A stretch of DNA of 64,000 nt from NCBI GenBank assembly GCA_963708075.1, contig OY970194.1:3840001-3904000 (forward strand), written 5' to 3'. The notes beneath the pieces were generated by a model. The model was not told the DNA's origin, did not search any database, and worked only from the letters and a program-made list of their open reading frames with translations. Positions 19,206 to 29,300 of this stretch are shown here, in pieces (the first letter of the stretch is position 1; each line of letters starts with the position of its first letter). A program made the translations under genes and the position numbers. The stretch comes from Sedimentisphaerales bacterium (GTDB lineage Bacteria > Planctomycetota > Phycisphaerae > Sedimentisphaerales > Anaerobacaceae).

Positions 19206-19259
19206 CGCTCCTATAGCTTAGAGGAGGCATCAGAGTCTGAAGGTTGATAGGAGCCGAAT

Positions 19260-19709
19260 GTGAACCTGTCCCAGAAATGCCAATATGCCGTACGGGCTGT
19301 CCTTGAACTGGCGAAACACTATGGCCAGGGACCTGTGGCCATCAGCCAGATCGCAGCCAACCAGGCCATACCACAACGATTCCTTGAGAATATCCTCAAC
19401 GAGTTGAGACCGACGGGGTTGATCGAATCAAGACGTGGGATCCAAGGGGGCTACCTTCTCGCCCGCGATCCCGCAACAATATCCGTGGGCGAGATCATAC
19501 GCCTTGTCGAAGGGCCGCTCGATCCGGTGAAGTGCATGACAGACAAGAAGAGCCCTTCCTGTCCGCTGAAAGACAACTGTTCTCTCATCCACCTTTGGAG
19601 CAGGGCCAAGGCGGCCGTCGAGGAGGTATATGATAACGCCAACTTCCGTGACCTGGTCGAGGAGGAGAGGAAGTTGAGCAGATCGACGGTCATTGACTAC
19701 TGCATCTGA
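19260..19709 (+). CDS. Rrf2-family transcriptional regulator (CymR/IscR-like)
   Basis: YAVRAVLELA, IA..Q.IP..FLENIL, S.RG..GGY.LAR.P..I.VGEI; three Cys in C-x8-C-x5-C; GTG start after AGGAG; divergent from cysK; ends ...VIDYCI. Confidence 0.93.
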   Translation: MNLSQKCQYAVRAVLELAKHYGQGPVAISQIAANQAIPQRFLENILNELRPTGLIESRRGIQGGYLLARDPATISVGEIIRLVEGPLDPVKCMTDKKSPSCPLKDNCSLIHLWSRAKAAVEEVYDNANFRDLVEEERKLSRSTVIDYCI

Positions 19710-19785
19710 GCCGCCGGGACAGACGTCATTTTTGAAGACCACTTCCATGATGCTTGCCCAGCATACTCAACTCGCGGCATAGACC

Positions 19786-19814
19786 TTGAACTTGGACGCT
19801 TTGGAGGATAGCAT
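19786..19814 (+). promoter_or_regulatory. Putative sigma70 promoter of the GDPD gene
   Basis: TTGAAC-N17-TAGCAT. Confidence 0.45.
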
Positions 19815-19869
19815 AGCGGCCGGTCACAATGTCACACGTGCATTCGTTGTGTCTTCGTGGAGTGCCGAA

Positions 19870-20685
19870 ATGAAGCATGTTGTCGTCCAGGGACTATTCT
19901 GTCTGTTCATCTTCGGTGCACTGGGATGCAGGGGCCCTGTTGAGATTATCGCGCATCGTGGGGCATCTTACGATGCTCCGGAAAACACAATGACTTCGGT
20001 GATGCTCGGCTGGGAGAAACGGGCCGACGTGGAAATCGACGTGCACTTGTCGAAGGACAATCGCATCGTCGTGATTCATGACGCCACGACCAAGCGCACC
20101 GCCGGGACCGACCTGAAAGTCGAAGAGACCGACTTCAGCGAATTGTGCGAACTCGATGTAGGGCGTTTCAAGGCCCAGGAGTTCGCCGGGGAGCGAATCC
20201 CGCTTCTGACCAACGTGCTCAAAACGATTCCTCCCGCGCAGAAGCTCTACATTGAGATCAAATGCGGAAGAGAAGTACTGCCCTTGCTCCGACAGCTTCT
20301 TGTGGAGAGCGGCAAAATGTCCCAGATCGTGATCATCGGATTCCATCTGGAGACAGTAGCTGCGTCGAAGGAGTTGATCGATGTCCCCACTTACTGGCTC
20401 AAGGGGACCGAGAAGGTCAAGGAAACCGAGGAATGGCTTCCCCACGACCCCAAGCTCGTCCAAACGGCCAAGGACAGAGGTCTCGACGGCCTGGATGTTC
20501 ACTACGCCGGCGTCACCGAGGAGTTTGCCCGTGCCGTCAAGGCGTCCGGACTGAAGTTCTACGTGTGGACGGTGGATGACCCGGAAGAGGCGGTCCGGCT
20601 GATCAAGCTGGGTGTAGACGGAATTACCACCAATCGTCCGGACTGGCTCAGAGGACAGTTGAACAGTAGGAGAACCATCCCGTGA
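19870..20685 (+). CDS. Glycerophosphodiester phosphodiesterase, putative lipoprotein
   Basis: IIAHRGAS..APENT, EIDV.LSKD, VIHD, IEIK, WTVDD, GVDGITTN; lipobox-like ALGC. Confidence 0.93.
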   Translation: MKHVVVQGLFCLFIFGALGCRGPVEIIAHRGASYDAPENTMTSVMLGWEKRADVEIDVHLSKDNRIVVIHDATTKRTAGTDLKVEETDFSELCELDVGRFKAQEFAGERIPLLTNVLKTIPPAQKLYIEIKCGREVLPLLRQLLVESGKMSQIVIIGFHLETVAASKELIDVPTYWLKGTEKVKETEEWLPHDPKLVQTAKDRGLDGLDVHYAGVTEEFARAVKASGLKFYVWTVDDPEEAVRLIKLGVDGITTNRPDWLRGQLNSRRTIP

Positions 20686-20764
20686 ACATGCTGCGCGTGT
20701 GGCCGATTGTCTGCGAGCTCGGCGATGGCGCCGTGTTGTGCCTGATAGGAATCTGGGCCGAGCT

Positions 20765-23700
20765 ATGACAACAGCGCTGTGGGCGTTCATGTTACACACT
20801 TCGATTGTTTCTTCATTGGCCCCTGCCGCGCAGGCCGGGACCGCCAGCACTTCAAGCGGCGACCTCTTGAAGGTCGCGCCCTCCCAGAACTCAGCCGTCG
20901 TGCGCCAGTACGAGGTATTCGAGATCACGCTTCAACACGAGGGCACGTATGAGAATCCGTTCTTCGATGTGAGCATCGATGCCACCTTGACGTCGCCGTC
21001 CGCCAGGAACGTACATATCGGTGGCTTCTACTATAGACACGACTTGTGGAAGGTACGGTTCGCGCCGTCTGAGCTAGGCCGCTGGACCTATCGGTTCGCG
21101 CTTCGAAATGCCAGGGGACAGACCGCGTCGGGAGAAGGCACATTCACATGTGTCCAGGGCCACAAGCCCAACCCCGGCTTTGTCCGCCTGCATCCGGAAA
21201 ACCCCTTTCGCTTTGTATTTGATGACGGGACGCCGTACTTCCCCATCGGGGTGCAGGACTGCTGGGGCGACGGCAACCACAACGGCACCGTCCTCGATGA
21301 GTTCTCCATGGAAGGCCCCTTTCGGACCGATTTGAAGGAGCCTCCCGTCCTTCCGACTGGTCCATTGTTCGTGCGCGGGCCTTCGTCCAATCCGCAAAAC
21401 GCCGACGTCTTCTTTCGGTACTTCGGGCAGTGCGGCTTCAACTTGTACCGATTCTCCCAGAAGAATTGCTCCTACGAGTTGTATCGCGACCTGGACCACT
21501 ACCTCGTCCAGGAAGGGATCATGACGGACGAGTTGCTCCAATGTGCCCGCAAGTACGGCTTTCGAGTTTTCTACGGTCTCTTCGGCTATCAGCCCGTCTT
21601 CAACAAGGAGTCGGACAATGCCGAGGGGCTCGCCAAGGTCAAGAGATTCATCAAGTACAGCGTGGATCGCTGGGGCGCGTACGTGGACTTCTGGGAGTTT
21701 CTCAACGAGCAGCATGCCGACGACCGCTGGTACCAGGCGATGATCCCCTACCTGAAATCCATCGACCCCTATGAGCACCCTATTACTACAAGCTGGGAGA
21801 GGCCCGAGCTTGACGGGATCGAAATCAACGCTCCGCATTGGTATCAGCGGGAGGACGAGTTGGAGTCGGACCGGATCACCGCGGCGAAGGCCCAGGCGTG
21901 GAAAAGGTCCGGCAAGCCGGTCATCGTGGGCGAACAGGGCAACCACATCGACAAAAGCAAGCCGGTGCCGCCCGGGGTCGGCGGCGTGTGGGACGACCGC
22001 TCCGCTCTGCGCATGCGGATTCGCAACTGGACGGCCATGTTCCAGGAAATCGCTTTCATCTTCTGGAATACGAGCTACGCACGTGACGGCCACTATATGA
22101 ACATCTGGCTCGGTCCCCAGGAGCGACAGTACGTCCGAGCCATGCAGGACTTCGCCTACCGGCTCGACAAGGACGTCAGGATCCACGCGGTCAGCGTTTC
22201 GCCGTCGGACGCTATCCGAGGATATGCCTTAGCCTCCGAACACAACGCAGGAGTCTACCTGCACCGCTTCAAAGATCATACCAAGCCTGCGGAGGGTGTC
22301 AGGATCGAAGTGGATCTGCCGGGCGGAACGAGGGGATACTGGTACAACCCCGAAGACGCCTCCATCATCAAGACAATCGATATTGCAGCGGGCATGAACC
22401 AACTCGATGTTCCGCCTTTTACGGTGGATCTTGCGCTGCTCGTGACGGCTGACGGCGCTCCCGACATCGACCGCGACGGCCAACCCAACCCTGTGGATGC
22501 CGATGACGATAACGACGGCGCCCCGGACAATCAGGATGCGTTCCCGCTCGATCCCTCCGAATGGAAGGACCAGGACAAGGACTGGATCGGCGACAACCTC
22601 GATGCGGACGACAACGGCGATGGCGTCGCCGATGATGAGAACCAAAACGGCGTTGCGGATCACGAGGAGATGGATTTCGATGGGGACGGCGTACCGAGAA
22701 GCGGAGTGATCCCGTGGGACGCTTTCCCCCTGGACGCGAAAGAATGGCGGGACACAGACGGAGATGGCGTGGGAGATAATCGCGATCCGGATGACGACAA
22801 CGACGGCATGAGCGATACCCAAGAGCGAACGAACGGCTTTCAGGGGCGAATCGCGCTCAGCCATGACGGCAACTTCAACGATGAAGATGATTGGGGAGCT
22901 TTTCCGGTCGTTATCGCCATCCTTGATGCCTTTGGAGTCAAGGACAAGCTGGTGCACATCGAGTACAACAACATTATCCAAGCCAACGATGAGCGGTTTG
23001 AGAAGGAGATGACCGCGAGCGTTCTGGGTGCGGCTGAGAAGTACGGCATATCGCCGGCCATCCTGCACAACTGCCGCACGGACCTTGAGGGCGCCGTCGA
23101 GAGCATCAAGAACGCAGTCAACGCCTCTTCGCCCGAGAGCCCCCTCTACTATGTGCTGGCCGGCCCTATGGATGTGCCCTACAGGGGCATCCTCGCCGCC
23201 GACCCCGGGAGGCGACGACACGTCTACTGCATCTCGCACAGTTCTTGGAACGACGGTTACGGGAAACGCAGAATCGAAGGCCGCACCAAGAGGGATGTGA
23301 TCTCCCTCGGCGTAAAGTGGATTCAAGTGAAGCCCGGCCATCTGCTGGCGCATCCCGGCACGGTAGCAACGAAATCGACGCCTGCCCAGTGGGCCTTGTT
23401 TCACTGGATGCGGGATTCCAGCGACGAGCGGCTGCGCTGGCTGTTCACGCGGCTTGAGGCCGAGGAGCGATGCGACGTCTCCGACGCCACCATGACGTAT
23501 TTTCTCATGACTGGGGACGAGCAGTGTGACCCTCAGAAGCTGGCCGCCCTACTGGACAGGAAGCGAAAGCCCAACGTAATTGCCATTCGGCCGACGATCC
23601 GGCTGGAGGCGGAGAATTTCAGCTTGCTGGAGAACTTCGTGCCTGTCACCATCGGCAAGCAGGTATCGCAGAGTGTGACCGTGCGAATGTCGGATGCGCC

Positions 23701-24049
23701 CAAGGGCATCATCCGAACGGAATTCAGCGAGATCCATGCGGCGCAGTCGGGGCGATACGAGGTCGGCGTTCAGTACCGTGACATAGGCAACGGCGCAGTC
23801 TCCTTCCTGGCGCGGGTCAACGGTGTGCCACAGGGCAGTGGATGGAAGACCTCCGCCGACAATGGTGCATGGAAGACTCATGCGGTGAAAGAGGTGTTTC
23901 TCTCCCAGGGTGACGTAATCGAGATCGAGGGCCGGACTGATGGCAAGGGACGCGGGGAGATCGATTTCGTGCAGTTCACCTACCTGGGCCTGGACGATCC
24001 GGCCGCCATGCCCGGCCAGATCATCCTCGATCCAGCCAGTCCGAGATGA
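20765..24049 (+). CDS. Secreted multidomain protein: DUF5060-like N-domain, GH-A-like barrel, thrombospondin type 3-like Ca repeats, nucleoside-hydrolase-like domain, CBM6/35-like domain
   Basis: NPF, GFY...WKVRFAP...G.W.Y; WEFLNE and KPVIVGE; repeated DxDxDG / DAFPLDP.EW.D.D; HDGNFNDEDD...AGPM; RLEAENF; start uncertain (20699-20789). Confidence 0.7.
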   Translation: MTTALWAFMLHTSIVSSLAPAAQAGTASTSSGDLLKVAPSQNSAVVRQYEVFEITLQHEGTYENPFFDVSIDATLTSPSARNVHIGGFYYRHDLWKVRFAPSELGRWTYRFALRNARGQTASGEGTFTCVQGHKPNPGFVRLHPENPFRFVFDDGTPYFPIGVQDCWGDGNHNGTVLDEFSMEGPFRTDLKEPPVLPTGPLFVRGPSSNPQNADVFFRYFGQCGFNLYRFSQKNCSYELYRDLDHYLVQEGIMTDELLQCARKYGFRVFYGLFGYQPVFNKESDNAEGLAKVKRFIKYSVDRWGAYVDFWEFLNEQHADDRWYQAMIPYLKSIDPYEHPITTSWERPELDGIEINAPHWYQREDELESDRITAAKAQAWKRSGKPVIVGEQGNHIDKSKPVPPGVGGVWDDRSALRMRIRNWTAMFQEIAFIFWNTSYARDGHYMNIWLGPQERQYVRAMQDFAYRLDKDVRIHAVSVSPSDAIRGYALASEHNAGVYLHRFKDHTKPAEGVRIEVDLPGGTRGYWYNPEDASIIKTIDIAAGMNQLDVPPFTVDLALLVTADGAPDIDRDGQPNPVDADDDNDGAPDNQDAFPLDPSEWKDQDKDWIGDNLDADDNGDGVADDENQNGVADHEEMDFDGDGVPRSGVIPWDAFPLDAKEWRDTDGDGVGDNRDPDDDNDGMSDTQERTNGFQGRIALSHDGNFNDEDDWGAFPVVIAILDAFGVKDKLVHIEYNNIIQANDERFEKEMTASVLGAAEKYGISPAILHNCRTDLEGAVESIKNAVNASSPESPLYYVLAGPMDVPYRGILAADPGRRRHVYCISHSSWNDGYGKRRIEGRTKRDVISLGVKWIQVKPGHLLAHPGTVATKSTPAQWALFHWMRDSSDERLRWLFTRLEAEERCDVSDATMTYFLMTGDEQCDPQKLAALLDRKRKPNVIAIRPTIRLEAENFSLLENFVPVTIGKQVSQSVTVRMSDAPKGIIRTEFSEIHAAQSGRYEVGVQYRDIGNGAVSFLARVNGVPQGSGWKTSADNGAWKTHAVKEVFLSQGDVIEIEGRTDGKGRGEIDFVQFTYLGLDDPAAMPGQIILDPASPR
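22460..22810 (+). repeat. Coding Asp-rich calcium-binding repeats (TSP3-like)
   Basis: DIDRDG..DADDDNDG..DAFPLDPSEWKDQDKDWIGDNLDADDNGDG..DFDGDG..DAFPLDAKEWRDTDGDGVGDNRDPDDDNDG. Confidence 0.8.
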
Positions 24050-24477
24050 CTCAAGTACAACGGCGGAAAACGATGCTTCCTGTTCGGGGCAGGCAACCCC
24101 GAGGGTTTCCTTTTCTTCGGCAAGCGCCGGCCTGACGGGACACGCTCGGGCGGCAAGCAAGGCGAGGTCATCAGGAAACTCGCCGGCACCGGCGCCAACA
24201 CCTTCCATGTCCTGGCGATACGCTGTACGTTCTCGCCAGCGACGCCGGCACCTACATCGCCTATAGCAATAATGCCACCCAAGGTACAGGCATCCGCGAC
24301 GTGCAGGCGGGAACCTACCTGTTGCGATGGCTCGATACTGTGGACGGCGACACTATCGAGAAGGTAGTTGCAGTCACCGCCGGCAATCAGACATGGCCCA
24401 GACCAATGGAAATCGGCCCCGAGACAGCCCTGTACATCAAGCGTCTGGATGGCGTCGTGTCGCCGGACTCGAAATAG
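24050..24477 (+). pseudogene. Decayed C-terminal module of the upstream gene (premature TGA plus out-of-frame junction)
   Basis: In-frame read-through after the TGA gives LKYNGGKRCFLFGAGNPEGFLFFG...KLAGTGANTFHVLAIR; from 24223 another frame reads LYVLASDAGTYIAYS...GTYLLRWLDTVDG...ETALYIKR to TAG 24477. Confidence 0.65.
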
Positions 24478-24480
24478 CGA

Positions 24481-26327
24481 TCAAACGTCCCCACCGACGA
24501 TCCTGGCGCCAAGATGATACCATGGCTCCAGATGAGGGTACCTTCCGGCTACAAGTCGCCGGAAATACGGATTCTGCTTCGGCATGGTTCGCTTCGCATA
24601 AACGATCTTCTCCTTGCGCCCCGCCGACATGATGCGGCAGGCAGAGTATTGGGAGAAGACCTCGACGTTATCCGCCGGCTTTTTCCTGTGCCCATCGAAG
24701 TCCTCCCAGAGGCAGGAGCCTCCGTTGGCTGCGACGCTGGGGCGTGCGAGGCCCTGGGGATCGGCCGCGTTGACAGTGGCGCTGAACGTGCAGAACGACG
24801 CAAGCTGGACCCAGAACTGCGTGCGCTGCAGTGTGGCAGCTTCGGATCCATTCGCATCATAGGAGAGGTTGAAGAGCAGTTGCGCCCGCGCACCGCGGCC
24901 AACTCCCCGATCTCGTTCCATCGCGCATCGGACCCAATGGTAACGACAGCCGGCACCCCTTTGACCCTGAACCACATGGCCTTCGTATCGGCTCCTTCCT
25001 CGAACAGGTCCCGACGGTCCACGACCATCTGGTCATAGCGTGTGAGCAGATTGCCCTCGGGACCCACCGCGAACGCCGAGTTCCAACGTCTGGCGCCCTC
25101 GACGTGAGGCATTCCGAGAACTACGGTGATTCTGTGTTTCTGCGCCTCGGATTGAACCCTTGCCAGCACATCGCGATGAATGACGGCATCGGCGCGAATA
25201 ACATCATCGGCAATGGCGCCGGTAACTGCCAGTTCCGGAAAAACCACGACATCGGCGTGATTGCCGCCGGCCTCTCCGATGAGTTGCGTCATGCGTTCGA
25301 GGTTGGCGGATACGTCGCGGGAACAGGCCATCTGGGCGGCGGCCATCGCGATCTCGACCTGAGGCGAAGCGTACGGCTCCGGCAACCCAGCGCTCCCCGC
25401 TTCTCCCGACAGAATCCGCCGTCCCAGATCCCAATAGGGCTTGAAGACAGGGTGGTTGTGTCTGCGTGTAGCTTCCGTGGCGCGGGCCTTGGACAGATCA
25501 AGGGTCGCCATCAGCATCTGGTCTCCCGCATCATCGGCGCGAGCGGCAAAGGTGCCGTCCGGGTGGATGATGGCGGAGTGGCCGTGTCGAGACTCATCCG
25601 TTCCCTGTGCTGAATGCTCTCCCATGTTGCAGAAAATCGAATAGACGTTGTTCCTCAGGGCGCGGGTGACGGGCAGGTACCATGCGAACTCGGGAATCCA
25701 CTCTCTCCTGGCATTGGCGGAGCAATCGATCAGAATTCTTGCGCCGAGCGCGACCGGGAGCTCTTCAAAACCCCGAAGCCAGCGGTCGGCGCAGATCATG
25801 GCACAACAGGGAATGCCGTCAACGTAGAAAACGCCAGGCGCCCGGCGAGGATCGGATGGCGGCAGGTTGCAAATCAGCTTATTGAATCGCTGGACGATCC
25901 GGCCGTCGGGGCCGATCACGCGAAGGCAATGCCCCCGCCGGTCCGGGGCAAAGCCGGGGATCGCAAAGGGCGAGCAGAAGATGACATAAACATCGTTGGA
26001 GCGGGCCGCGTCTCGGATCGTATCCACCGCTTTCTCGATGTCCTCATTCGACGTTCCCACAGGGCAACCCAGCGCATCCTCCGGGAAAACCACCAGGCGA
26101 CATCCTCTCGTTTTGGCCTGACCGATGAAGCGCACAATCTTATCGCGATTCGCGATGAGCTCCTTCTCACGCGCCTGCTGCACCACACCCACAGTGATCG
26201 ACGGATGAGGAGGTTGCGTCGCGGATTCAGCGGTCTTATTCTCCTGCGTCTGGGTGGGCACGGCAGCGACAGCGGCTGCCAATATTGAGTGCCTGAGAAG
26301 ACCACGACGCGTGAGGGGCTTGTCCAT
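24481..26327 (-). CDS. Tat-exported tandem carbon-nitrogen hydrolase (nitrilase superfamily); one -1 frameshift near 24886
   Basis: MDKPLTRRGLL Tat signal; domain 1 FPE/FNKL/ICAD; domain 2 FPEL; adding one G gives AVRGAQLLFNLSYD and reads to the stop at 24481. Confidence 0.82.
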
Positions 26328-26338
26328 GCTCAAACTCT

Positions 26339-29300
26339 CTATCTCTTGTTTCCTTCTGGATCCGGCACCACGGTCGCACAAGCTCGGCGGAGGTATTCCT
26401 CATATGCCCAGTCACCGCTGCTGCCGGTCTGGCGGGTAATGACCAGGTCGAGGCTGGGCACGAAGGCAATGAGCTGGCCGCCGGAGCCGGGCTTATCGCG
26501 TGCATCGGGCGGGATGCCAAGACCGCTGCGGCCACCCTCGCCGGTCAGACGCGCGGGCAGCTCCCAGCCGTGCGAGAAGATCTGCGGATTGAGCTTCCAC
26601 CGCATCTCGGGGCTCCGAACGTCATGCGTCGGTGCGGCCGTCTCTTCGATGAACCACCTGGGGATCACCTGCCGGTCGCCCCACTGCCCGCCGCGGAGCA
26701 TACAGTAGGCAATGCGAGCCAGGTCGCGCGCGGGCATACCCAGCCCATGCGTTGGATGCCGGCCGATCTTCTCGCCGCCATCGAAATACTGGAACCACCA
26801 ATGCTCAACGCCGAGCGGCTTGAAGAGTGCCTCGATGGCGAATTGGTCGTAGGGTTTGCCCGTGACTGTCTCGCACACCAGCGCCGCATGGTGGAGCGCG
26901 TGCGTCGAATAACCACAGCCAGTCCCAGGGTCAAACGCGAGAGTCGCCGTGCGAGGGTCCCCGCTATGACCCAGCACATATTCCCAGGCACCGTCATTGG
27001 GTGAACCGTTGGCTTCGGGGCACAAGCCGGAGGTGTGATTGAGCAATTGCTTGACCGTGATCTGTGCCTTGCGCGGATCGCTCAACGGCTGAGCCCAGGG
27101 AATGAACTCGAACGCCGGATCATCGAATTTCATTTTGCGAGGCGTTAATCCCTGCTGGCTTTGCTCGGACGCGATCGCCAGCACCGTTGCACAAACGGCT
27201 TTGGACACTGAGGCGACGCGCCGAGAGTCCGTCTTGGCGCTATTGCCCCGCTCGACTTCAAGCACGATATAACCTCGACGGATCACCACCGCCGCAAAGT
27301 CCCGTTCATCGCTCTGCAGCAGCCACTCCTTCAACTCGCCCAACTTCGCAGGGTCCACCCCTGTAGTGTGGCGAATATCCTCCGGCTTGTCGAGCTTCCG
27401 CCAGCCCCCTTGTGATTCCGACGGAGGGAAGTAGCCGTTCGTAGCCGTACGGGCGGGCTGCAAACCCGCCCCTACAGTTCCAGGCACACCACGAGCTCTC
27501 GATCTCTCGGAAACCTCCACGAGAACGCGGCGGTATGCTGCAAGCGGCGGGGTCCCGTTGTCACGTATAGTAAGAACAACATGGATGGTCTCCGCCCGCC
27601 GCGTCATTCGGGATGTGCAGAAGGGCAAGCGACGATGCTGCATCGGCCAGTGTTACTTCGCCGTCGTACGTGCCGGCCTCACGATAGACGAACCACTCAT
27701 AAGTGAGCGTGTCACCGTCGGGGTCTTGCGAGAGATTAGCATCGAGCGATAGTGCCTGGCCGGGTTGGGCGGTGATGCGCAAAATCTCCTTTCCATCGAC
27801 GCCATTCACGATGGCGCGTGGGGCGTGGTTCGCCTCGCGCGGCGGCTTCACGCACCAGTCGAGCCTGACGCAGAAGTCGTTCTGCAAATCGGCCGCCCAC
27901 CGGGCGAGCGTATTGTCGCGGTTAGTGGCGCCGTTCCAGGTGTCGGTCTGGTTGGCCCAGTAGTACGGCTTGCCGGGGAAGTTCTCGTTCAGTCCATATC
28001 TGCCGGCCCAGGAACCCCAGAGCGGCTCGTTCGGATCGTTCATGCCCGCGGGCACCAGGTAGAGGAACGTCATCGTGTCGCCCTCTTTCGCCCAGTGCGT
28101 CGTGTTCGTCGGATAGAGCGCGCCAAGCGGACCGTGATCCGTGAGCACATCCCGTTTGAGGTCGAACCCGCCCGCCTGAGACGTGAGGGCGGAGAAACGA
28201 TGGTACCAGCGTTTGCCTTCGACCGGGGGCTGGAACGTGTTCACCCAGGTCGTGAACGGCGGCGCAATGGTGGTCGTGTGTTCGTCGAATTTGTCGTACG
28301 ACGAGAGCCGCAGCTTCGACTTGAACTGGGCGTACCCCTCCGGCCCGCGCTCGCGTTGCACGAGATCCAGAGCCCGCTTGAGGTTGTTCGTAGCCGCACC
28401 ACTGTCCGTGCCCCAGTCCGAGTACCAGACCGGACGCGGGTCGTCTTTGTCCACGGCGGCGAGGATGAGCTTCACCGCGTCGTTGGTGTCATTGTAGCCT
28501 GCGACGGTGCGTTGCCGGAGGGACTCCTTCGTGGGGTAGCGTGCATCGTGCTGCGCAAGATTGGGCCGGCATTCACCGTAGGCATCAAGCAGGCGGCGGA
28601 CGATACCCGGGCCGGTATCCTCGGGGTTCTTGTTCTCCGGACGGCGGGTCATGGGCCGATTCGCAATGATCCCTTCGATATCCCATTCGTTCGCGTAGAG
28701 AAGGAAACGCACAAGCGATTGCTCATCGTCCGGATCGCCGCCTGCGTCGGTTTCAATGATCAGCCGCAGTCTGGTGTCTGCCGTCATTCGCTTGATCGCG
28801 GCATACACTTCCGGGTCATCCGCCGCCCCCTGGAACGTGAACGGATAGTGCTGGTTCACCGCCACCTGCATGAAGCCCCACGATGCTCCGCCGGCCACAC
28901 ACATCTCGGCGGCCTTCGCGCCCTCGGCGCCCACCTTCTCGTCCTCGTTGCACACGATCGGCTTGTTGAACTTCCTCAGTGCGGCGATGCGTGCGGGGAT
29001 ATCCTCGACCCGCGTGCCATTGAAGTGGATCAGCAGAAAGTCGCTTGCCTGCACGACGCTGTCGGGCAACTGTCCATGCCCCAGGCCGCTGGCCGAGACC
29101 AGCAGCGTCGGCGATGTCTGTTTGGCCAGGCGAATCAGTTCCGCGATGCCATCGCCTGTCTTCAGCAGGCGATGATCGAAGCCACCGTGCCCGAATTCAT
29201 TGGCGATCTCCAGCATGACATTGGTGAATCCGCTGTCCTCGATCCACTTGGCGACATTGACGACGCCGGCGCGGACTGCGGCCTCATCCTTGAGCACCTG

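Noticed and set aside
24047..24049. Selenocysteine or TGA=Trp recoding
   Set aside because: TGA is a normal stop in many genes here, the context suggests Trp rather than Cys, and the downstream module is also broken by a frame change.
24223..24480. Insertion sequence or MITE starting with TGT
   Set aside because: No terminal inverted repeats, target duplication or transposase; the segment reads as a protein-like frame.
26339..27440. Antibiotic-resistance beta-lactamase
   Set aside because: The SxxK fold is shared by many esterases and amidases, and here it is fused to unrelated hydrolase modules; nothing supports resistance.
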